The notes beneath the pieces were generated by a model. The model did no database searches, was not told the origin of the DNA, and worked only from the letters and a program-made list of their open reading frames with translations. From Candidatus Latescibacterota bacterium (GTDB lineage: Bacteria > Latescibacterota > UBA2968 > GCA-2709665), in the NCBI GenBank assembly GCA_021295655.1, contig JAGWBX010000047.1, positions 26,779 to 90,778 on the forward strand: DNA of 64,000 nt. Direction: 5' to 3'. Numbering within the stretch: the first letter of the stretch is position 1; every line of letters begins with the position of its first letter. Positions 57,683-64,000 of this stretch are shown here, in pieces. Made by a program: the position numbers and the translations under genes.

Positions 57683-60166
57683 ATGTTCGAGAGGACTCTC
57701 AATCATCGGACGCCGGGGGAAACGGAGTCGCATGTGAGGCGGATTGTGTTATTGGTTTCATGCGTGTTGGCCATGAGTGTCAGCACACAGGTTCTTGGAA
57801 AGGGTACGGTCCGGGGAACCGTACGCGATGCGACGAACGGTGAGACATTGGCGCACGCCAATGTTGTCGTCGACAGTTTACGCATTGGCGTATCTACGGA
57901 CAAGACCGGCTATTTCGTCATCGTGAATCTGCCGCCGGGTCCGCACAGGGTTACAGCCAGCTACATCGGGTACGACAGTCGATCTGTCCCCGTCACGATT
58001 GAGTCGGTTGAGACCCGGCGGATCGTCATCGAACTCGATCCGGTTGAATTGACGGGCGAAGCCATCGAGGTTATAGGCGATCCGGTGGCGCCGACCGAGG
58101 TGACACCGGTGAGCGCGTTCGGCACGCGCGTAACCGAACTGGCGCGCATTCCAACCGTGGGACAGCCCGATCTTCTGCGGGGCATTCAACTCCTCCCGGG
58201 CGTTCAGGCGGGGAGTGAGAATTCCGCAGGACTGTACGTGCGGGGCGGCACGCCCGGACAGAATCTGATTCTGCTGGACGACGTGGTTGTATATAACCCG
58301 AATCACCTGTTCGGGTTCTTCAGCACGTTCAATCCCGACGCATTGAAGGACGTGACGCTGATCAAGGGAACATTTCCCGCGCGGTATGGGGACCGCCTGT
58401 CGAGCGTGCTGGATATAACAAACCTGGACGGCAACCGGAAAGCGCTCGATGCACGTGGCTCCCTGGACCTGATCAGCGCGGGACTGACGGTGGGCGGGCC
58501 GGTGGGCGATCTCGGGTCCTGGATGCTGTCGGGGCGACGTACGTATCAGGAGGTATTGGAATCGCCCCTGTTCAGTCACCTGGTTGACGAGATGTTCAGC
58601 ACCCGAATCGGAACCATTGCCGCGAGCCCAGGGGCCGCCGGAGGTTCGCCCGGATTCGGCGGCCGGTTGGGCGGAGGAAGGTTCGGAGGGACGCGGTTCA
58701 ATTTCCAGCAACAGACCGGCGATTTCGATCAGGACTACGGATTCTACGACGCGAATTTCAAGCTGAACCTGGATGCATCTGAAAACGACCGGATTTCGAT
58801 TAGCGGCTACCTTGGCAGCGATGCACTCGATCTATCCCTGCCCTCGTTCCGGGAGCAGACCCGCGATCAACTCATGGATTGGGGCAATCAGATCGCGCGG
58901 TTCAAGTGGATGCGCATCCATACCGACAATCTTATTGGCAACGTGCAGATATCGGCAAGCCGGTACAGATCGAACTTCGACGTCGCCACCAATCAGAACG
59001 CCGATGGGAGCGGGCAGGTAGGCGAGGGCCGGCAGGGACGCGGATTCGGACTGAATCGCAACAACGAACTGAACGACCTGACGGCAAAGGCGACATTTGA
59101 CTTCTATTCCGGGCCGTTTCACACCACGCGAATGGGCGCCCAGCTTACGGCCTACGACGCATTCTACAGGCAGGGCGTGGGCGATTCGGTCCGTACGGGA
59201 ATCAATACCTCATCGCTGTATCAGACCGGTTTCCTGGAGCACGGTATGCGCCTGGGTCGCCTGGAACTGACGCCTGGAATCCGCGTGAGCCATTTCAATA
59301 GCGGAAACTACACCCGGTGGTCGCCGCGTGCGACGGGACTGTTCCAATTCGATGAGAATATCGCGTTCAAGGGCGGTTGGGGCATTTACCACCAGTTCGT
59401 CAACCTGATTTCGATAGAGGCCAACACGTATACGACGGATATGTGGCTACCGGTGGACGAAACCCTGACGCCGGGCAAAGCCGTTCACAGCGCGTTCGGC
59501 CTTATGTTGACGCCGAACGACGGATGGCAGGTCGATCTGGAGTTTTATCACAAGGACCTCAAAGACCTCGTGGAGTTTCAATCACAGGTGCGCCTGGACG
59601 ATTCAACCCCGCTCTCGGACCTGTTTGTAACCGGATCGGGCACATCCTACGGCGGAGAGGTCCTGCTTCGGAAGACGGAAGGGCGTCTGAAGGGATGGAT
59701 TGGATATACATTGAGCAAGACGGAACACACCTTCGCTGAATTGAACCAGGGCGACCCGTTTTCGCCGAAGTACGATCGGCGTCATGACCTTTCCCTGGTA
59801 ACCGACTATTACCTGGGCAGAGGCTGGAACCTGAACGCTAACTGGGTCTACGGTACGGGACAGGCCTACACGATTCCGGAGGCGCGCTATGAGGTGCAGC
59901 AGCCGACGGGCCAGACCATACCCTACGTCCATGTTTCGGAAAAGAACGCGTACCGCCTGCCGGCCTATCATCGGCTGGATCTCGGAATCACGCGAGCAAT
60001 TCACCTGGGTGGCGTCGATGGAGAACTGGTTTTCAGCGTGTTCAACGCCTACAACCGGCGCAACGTCTGGTATCGCTCGTTTGATGCCACCGAGCCGGAA
60101 ATCCTGGTGCAGGATGTGTTATTGCAGCCCATATTGCCGAGTGTCGGTCTACGATTCAACATGTAG
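57683..60166 (+). CDS. TonB-dependent receptor with CarboxypepD_reg-like N-terminal domain
   Basis: GTVRGTVRDATNGETLAHANVVV...TDKTGYFVIVNLPPGPHRV (carboxypeptidase-regulatory fold), a plug region, a long beta-barrel, and a C-terminal aromatic-ending segment. Confidence 0.85.
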   Translation: MFERTLNHRTPGETESHVRRIVLLVSCVLAMSVSTQVLGKGTVRGTVRDATNGETLAHANVVVDSLRIGVSTDKTGYFVIVNLPPGPHRVTASYIGYDSRSVPVTIESVETRRIVIELDPVELTGEAIEVIGDPVAPTEVTPVSAFGTRVTELARIPTVGQPDLLRGIQLLPGVQAGSENSAGLYVRGGTPGQNLILLDDVVVYNPNHLFGFFSTFNPDALKDVTLIKGTFPARYGDRLSSVLDITNLDGNRKALDARGSLDLISAGLTVGGPVGDLGSWMLSGRRTYQEVLESPLFSHLVDEMFSTRIGTIAASPGAAGGSPGFGGRLGGGRFGGTRFNFQQQTGDFDQDYGFYDANFKLNLDASENDRISISGYLGSDALDLSLPSFREQTRDQLMDWGNQIARFKWMRIHTDNLIGNVQISASRYRSNFDVATNQNADGSGQVGEGRQGRGFGLNRNNELNDLTAKATFDFYSGPFHTTRMGAQLTAYDAFYRQGVGDSVRTGINTSSLYQTGFLEHGMRLGRLELTPGIRVSHFNSGNYTRWSPRATGLFQFDENIAFKGGWGIYHQFVNLISIEANTYTTDMWLPVDETLTPGKAVHSAFGLMLTPNDGWQVDLEFYHKDLKDLVEFQSQVRLDDSTPLSDLFVTGSGTSYGGEVLLRKTEGRLKGWIGYTLSKTEHTFAELNQGDPFSPKYDRRHDLSLVTDYYLGRGWNLNANWVYGTGQAYTIPEARYEVQQPTGQTIPYVHVSEKNAYRLPAYHRLDLGITRAIHLGGVDGELVFSVFNAYNRRNVWYRSFDATEPEILVQDVLLQPILPSVGLRFNM

Positions 60167-60189
60167 GACGGCCGGCGGAGGAAATATCC

Positions 60190-61026
60190 ATGATCAAATT
60201 GCGATTGATTTATTGTCTGGCCATAGTTCTTGGATCCGGTGCGTGCAGTACGGCGCCCACAGAGTCTCTGGGGGAGTTTCGGGAGACGGTTCTTATCGAG
60301 GGCTATCTTCAAGCGGGAAGCCACGTCTCCAACATATTCGTAGGCACGACGATGCCGCTTTCGAGCGAATACGATCGTGATGCCAGCGCGCTTTCCGATG
60401 CAAGCGTCGCGATAACGGTGGACGGTGCAACGCATACCCTATCGCCGGCACCGGACAAGCCCGGTACGTACATTCAACCGGACCTGATCGTCGAATCCGG
60501 CAAGACATACCATCTTTCGGTTACGACCGGATTGGGGACGGCGACCGCACAGACAACCGTGCCGTATCCGCCCCGGGCGTCGGGGGCGGCAGTGCTGTAC
60601 GTCGGCGGGGACCCTTACCGGGTGACGTGGGAAGGTGGGACAAACGGCGGTTACGTGACCTCAAGGCAGGTCGTGGAACTTCTGGAGCGAATTCCGCCGG
60701 AGAACCAGTTCGGCGGCGGGCGATTTGGCGGCGGTTTTGGCGGGACGATTGACACCACGGGATTTGGCGCGCTTCGGGACAGCATTGCCCGTGCGGATCA
60801 GTGGCGGTTCCTGCAAGGGCAATCCCAGACCCTGAATCCCATTCAGTTTTCATATTATGGAACCTATTCGCTACTGGTCTTCGCTCTAGACGAGAACTAT
60901 GGGGATTTTCTGATATCGAGCCAGCAGGATGAGGCAACCCTGGACGAGCCCCGATTTCACGTGAAGGGCGGAATCGGGGTGTTTGCTTCCATGGCCGCGG
61001 ATTCCGTCGTATTCCAGGTGGAATGA
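60190..61026 (+). CDS. DUF4249-like lipoprotein
   Basis: Lipobox LGSGAC. The position immediately after a CarboxypepD_reg TonB receptor, the size (278 aa) and beta-rich sequence fit DUF4249. This is an inference from context. Confidence 0.55.
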   Translation: MIKLRLIYCLAIVLGSGACSTAPTESLGEFRETVLIEGYLQAGSHVSNIFVGTTMPLSSEYDRDASALSDASVAITVDGATHTLSPAPDKPGTYIQPDLIVESGKTYHLSVTTGLGTATAQTTVPYPPRASGAAVLYVGGDPYRVTWEGGTNGGYVTSRQVVELLERIPPENQFGGGRFGGGFGGTIDTTGFGALRDSIARADQWRFLQGQSQTLNPIQFSYYGTYSLLVFALDENYGDFLISSQQDEATLDEPRFHVKGGIGVFASMAADSVVFQVE

Positions 61027-61099
61027 CCCGGCGGGCGATCGTCAAGCCCTTGAGATTCCTTCAACGTTCCACGCCGAGTAGCCCGGAAAATCCGCCCGC

Positions 61100-61128
61100 T
61101 TGACAGGGAAAGCCTATCGGGCTATATT
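61100..61128 (+). promoter_or_regulatory. Sigma70-type promoter (TTGACA-N17-TATATT), module copy 1
   Basis: TTGACA at 61100-61105 and TATATT at 61123-61128, embedded in the inverted repeat TAGCCCG...CGGGCTA. About 95 nt upstream of the small ORF at 61225. Confidence 0.6.
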
Positions 61129-61224
61129 TCGAACGGTTGGGCGACATCATCTGCCGCAACCTTGAATTTGAAAACGTATATTTCCTCTCCCGTTCAGTAT
61201 TGGTGCTGTTGAAAAGGATACAAG

Positions 61225-61437
61225 ATGAACGAAGTGGAAACCAGAGTTACGGATCTTGACAGTCGCCAGGCCAGACTGGAAGGCGTCATCGAGCAGGTCA
61301 ATGAACGCCTGAATAGCATAGACAGACGTTTGGATGGACAGCAACAATGGTTGCGATGGATTGTCGGGATCCAGATCACGTCTTTCGTTACACTGGGCAG
61401 TCTCACTATGACCGTCGTTTTGAAGCTCTTTTCGTGA
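61225..61437 (+). CDS. Small coiled-coil protein with C-terminal TM helix (70 aa)
   Basis: ATG after AAAGGA. Heptad-like N-terminal half and the hydrophobic tail WIVGIQITSFVTLGSLTMTVVLKLF. Has a strong upstream promoter. Confidence 0.45.
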   Translation: MNEVETRVTDLDSRQARLEGVIEQVNERLNSIDRRLDGQQQWLRWIVGIQITSFVTLGSLTMTVVLKLFS

Positions 61438-61607
61438 CCGTTCCCCCAGGCTTTGGGTGATTCCAGACCGGCCATCGATTGCCTCTTCAAGTTTTCCACC
61501 ATACGAATATTCACCGTCCGTATTCCCGCACGCTTTCAGACTGAAGTACCGGGACCGTTTACCATCTGTGTCTTTGCCCGCTGTATAGCCCGGAAACGCC
61601 GCCCCGC

Positions 61608-61636
61608 TTGACAGGGACAGGCTGCCGGGCTATATT
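61608..61636 (+). promoter_or_regulatory. Sigma70-type promoter (TTGACA-N17-TATATT), module copy 2, driving ssrA
   Basis: TTGACA at 61608-61613 and TATATT at 61631-61636, within the 10-nt inverted repeat TATAGCCCGG / CCGGGCTATA. About 48 nt upstream of the mature tmRNA 5' end. Confidence 0.65.
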
Positions 61637-61684
61637 TTCACCGGCTCGGGCGGCCAGGCGGCCCGGGACAGATCAAAACCGTGT

Positions 61685-62044
61685 GGGGGCGACCTGGATT
61701 CGACGGGGGTGGAGAGGCGATGGCTGCGTGTCGAGGTCCCATGTCCTCGTTAAACTGTGGGAACACGATATAATTGCGGACGATACGTACGCAATGGCTG
61801 CGTAACTAAAACGCAGTCCGTTCTGACGGGCTTCGCCTGCAGGGCCCGACCGGAGCGCCGACTTATGCGGGCTGGCTCGTGGACCTCCGTTCGAGGGTCC
61901 GTGAGCGAGAGCTTATCGAACTGGCGCGTTGGCAACCCCGTTTACCGGGGCGCCCGCGCGTGAGATTCAAAAGGTAAACTACACACGTAGACGCTGTCGT
62001 TGATTTGCTTTCGGACGCGGGTTCGATTCCCGCCGCCTCCACCA
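61685..62044 (+). ncRNA. ssrA: tmRNA (SsrA)
   Basis: The 5' end GGGGGCGACCTGGATTCGACGGGG and the 3' end GGACGCGGGTTCGATTCCCGCCGCCTCCACCA form the tRNA-like domain. The internal tag ORF GCG GAC GAT ACG TAC GCA ATG GCT GCG TAA encodes ADDTYAMAA. Confidence 0.95.
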
Positions 62045-62332
62045 ATTGAAGGAACCCGATCCGGGCCACTCTCCCGCGATGAGAGGGGAGGCGAGGAAGT
62101 GGCCGTGCAAACACCTTCCTGCACCGGCTTTGGTCGTATGGGAAACACCCTCTCGTCGCTTGCCAGGCGCCCCTCGCCGGCAAATCACGGTCATTTGTTC
62201 GAATCTTTCCCTCCATCGATACACCCCTATCCAGTCCGGCCGTTTATCTGCCGATTCGAGAATGCCGTGCATCGTGCGGATTCGCCTCTACCCTATGCGC
62301 CGATTCCGTCGCGTGGACCAGATCCACGGGTA

Positions 62333-62478
62333 GATAAAGGCGATTTAACTTCTGGTTACCAGGATACACCAGGTCACCGGACGTGAACTGAAAAAACGTC
62401 CTTTTGGACGACCGTTACGCCCCGCTTCAGGGGTTTTCCTCGCGTCGCCGAGTTGCTGTTTTTCGAATTGGGGTTAAT
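62333..62478 (+). repeat. ~150-nt conserved leader-like element, copy 2 (upstream of octaheme cytochrome gene)
   Basis: Collinear with 33653-33803 (GATAAAGGCGATTT...TTACCAGGATACACCAGGTC...GGACGTGA.CTGAAAAAACGTCCTTTT...GCCGAGTTGCTGTT...CGAATTGGGG.TAAT). Confidence 0.7.
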
Positions 62479-62535
62479 CTGCGACGATCAACCCGGTCGG
62501 TTGAAAATGCGGATACCCCCGGCGGAGAAATCAAC

Positions 62536-63912
62536 ATGAAAACGGGTCTGATTGCAGCGTTAAAAGTCACCCGCGCCATTTGCTCGAGACGCGGACGGAG
62601 CGACCCCCGCTGTCCGGGGGCCTTGCGGCGGCTTCGAACGTATGGATGGGTGGTGCTGGCCCTCGCTGCCGTTAGCGGGTGCCGCACCGAGGATAACGCA
62701 TCCGTAGCCACTACGTCCGAGTGCGTGTCCTGCCATCGTGAAGTCACGCCAAGTATCGTCAAGGACTGGGAATTGAGCCAGCACCGCGTAAGGGGCGTGG
62801 ACTGTGCCATGTGTCATGGCTCCGGGCATCGTTCTGCAGAGGACGTTGGGCTTGTCAAGACCGCCACGCCCGAGGTCTGCGGGACCTGTCACCCGGTGCA
62901 GACCGACCAGTTCAAGGCAGGCAAGCACGCGTTGGCCTGGGCCAGCATGGAGGCCATGCCCACGACCCACTGGCTGCCCATGGCGCTCACCGGCGGGATG
63001 AAGGGCTGTGGCGGATGCCATCAGGTCGGGATCAAGAGCGAGGAGGAGATTCGTCGGTTGAAGGATGAAGGCATCCGGTTTGGTCTGGCATCCTGCGACG
63101 CCTGTCACACCAGGCACCTCTTCTCCGTCAAGGAAGCGCGGGAGCCTCAGGCTTGCCGGACCTGCCATATGGGGATGGACCATCCCCAGTGGGAGATGTA
63201 TTCTTCGTCGAAGCACGGTGTCAGGCATGCCCTCAAACAGAGCGGAACGCTGCCCGCAGAAGCCGCGGCGCCAACCTGCCAGACGTGCCACATGCCCAAA
63301 GGGGACCACGAAGTGCGGACGGCCTGGGGGTTTCTCGCCGTCCGGCTGCCCTTGCCGGAGGACGAACAGTGGGCGGCAGACCGCGCGACCATTCTAACGG
63401 CCCTTGGCGTGTTGGACCCGCAGGGAAATCCAACGGCGCGGCTCGACGTTGTGAGGAAGGCCGACGTCGCCCGGCTCACCCAGGAGGACTGGCAACGGGA
63501 GAGGGACCGGATGGCCAGGATCTGTGAGCAGTGTCACTCTGCCAATCTCGTCAAGGCCGAGTTGAAGAAGGGCGACGAGATGATCCGCGAGTCGGACCGG
63601 CTGCTGGCCGAGGCAATTCGCATCATCGCTGGTTTGTACAGCGACGGGATCCTGCGCAAGCCCGGCCACTACGCGTTCGACTATCCGGACCTGCTGGCAT
63701 TCCATGACGCGCCAACGGTCATTGAACAGAGACTCTTCAAGATGCACCTGGAACACCGGATGAGGGCATTTCAGGGGACGTTCCACAACAACCCCGACTA
63801 CGCGCTCTGGTACGGCTGGAGCGAGATGCTTCAGGATCTGACCGAGATCAGGACGCTGGCGGAAGAGATGCGCAGAAACCACCATCGGATGCCCCGGGAC
63901 CCATCTGAGTGA
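62536..63912 (+). CDS. Octaheme c-type cytochrome, hydroxylamine-oxidoreductase (HAO) family
   Basis: Eight CxxCH motifs (CVSCH, CAMCH, CGTCH, CGGCH, CDACH, CRTCH, CQTCH, CEQCH). HAO-like blocks CDACHTRHLFS...ACRTCHMGMDHPQWEMYSSSKHG and FHNNPDYALWYGW. The ATG at 62536 follows GGAG. Lipoprotein-like signal LAAVSGC. Confidence 0.85.
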   Translation: MKTGLIAALKVTRAICSRRGRSDPRCPGALRRLRTYGWVVLALAAVSGCRTEDNASVATTSECVSCHREVTPSIVKDWELSQHRVRGVDCAMCHGSGHRSAEDVGLVKTATPEVCGTCHPVQTDQFKAGKHALAWASMEAMPTTHWLPMALTGGMKGCGGCHQVGIKSEEEIRRLKDEGIRFGLASCDACHTRHLFSVKEAREPQACRTCHMGMDHPQWEMYSSSKHGVRHALKQSGTLPAEAAAPTCQTCHMPKGDHEVRTAWGFLAVRLPLPEDEQWAADRATILTALGVLDPQGNPTARLDVVRKADVARLTQEDWQRERDRMARICEQCHSANLVKAELKKGDEMIRESDRLLAEAIRIIAGLYSDGILRKPGHYAFDYPDLLAFHDAPTVIEQRLFKMHLEHRMRAFQGTFHNNPDYALWYGWSEMLQDLTEIRTLAEEMRRNHHRMPRDPSE

Positions 63913-64000
63913 CCGATTTCACCATCATCCTGAGCATCCTTGTCCTCGCGACTCTCGGCGTGATCGCCTTTGTCATTCGACGTCCCGAACTGACGTCCAA
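63909..64000 (+). CDS. Partial ORF, possible small membrane partner of the cytochrome
   Basis: The GTG overlaps the cytochrome stop (GTGA). It encodes the hydrophobic VTDFTIILSILVLATLGVIAFVI... and runs off the window. Confidence 0.25.
   Translation, partial: MTDFTIILSILVLATLGVIAFVIRRPELTS

Noticed and set aside
61608-62272. ORFs of 60-117 aa overlapping the tmRNA locus on both strands
   Set aside because: The region is fully explained by the tmRNA, with its tRNA-like ends and tag ORF. The ORFs are incidental.
62045-62535. Genomic island integrated at the 3' end of ssrA
   Set aside because: There is no integrase, no repeat of the ssrA 3' end and no compositional shift within the window. 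The next gene is high-GC and preceded by a repeat also found upstream of msrA.
1-64000. rRNA, tRNA, transposase, integrase and prophage genes
   Set aside because: I looked for conserved T-arm/acceptor patterns (GGTTCGAnTCC only occurs in ssrA), rRNA signatures, and DDE/tyrosine-recombinase-like ORFs. None were found in the window.

Overview
High-GC (about 60% or more by eye) bacterial chromosomal fragment. The gene content suggests an uncultured FCB-group-like lineage: a GWxTD protein, a TonB-dependent receptor with a CarboxypepD_reg-like N-terminus followed by a DUF4249-like lipoprotein, and a tmRNA tag ending in YAMAA. I support about 50 protein genes. Housekeeping genes include polA, gltA, ilvD, glpK, msrA, a UbiD-family decarboxylase and a geranylgeranyl reductase. 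There is a TRAP transporter (Q/M permeases plus a convergent Tat-signal binding protein), a DsbD-like reductase, and a cluster of FG-GAP protein, sugar-phosphate isomerase, Gfo/Idh/MocA oxidoreductase and sulfatase. A clear tmRNA is followed by an HAO-family octaheme cytochrome. The most interesting locus is a roughly 3 kb low-GC island (about 27.7-30.7 kb) with a translationally coupled DarG-like macrodomain gene and a DarT-like (DUF4433-type) ADP-ribosyltransferase gene. The gene order is reversed relative to canonical darTG and the DarT-like protein has an uncharacterised C-terminal extension. Other accessory content: BrnT/BrnA and HigB/HigA toxin-antitoxin pairs, an AAC(3)-like acetyltransferase, and two apparently frameshifted genes (an LpxH-like gene and an NYN-domain gene). 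The intergenic DNA holds several repeat families: a ~225-nt structured-looking element (2 copies), a ~150-nt leader-like element (2 copies), a duplicated promoter module, TCAGCNN heptamer arrays (at least 7 loci) and GC-rich palindromes. No rRNA, tRNA, CRISPR array, transposase or integrase was seen.
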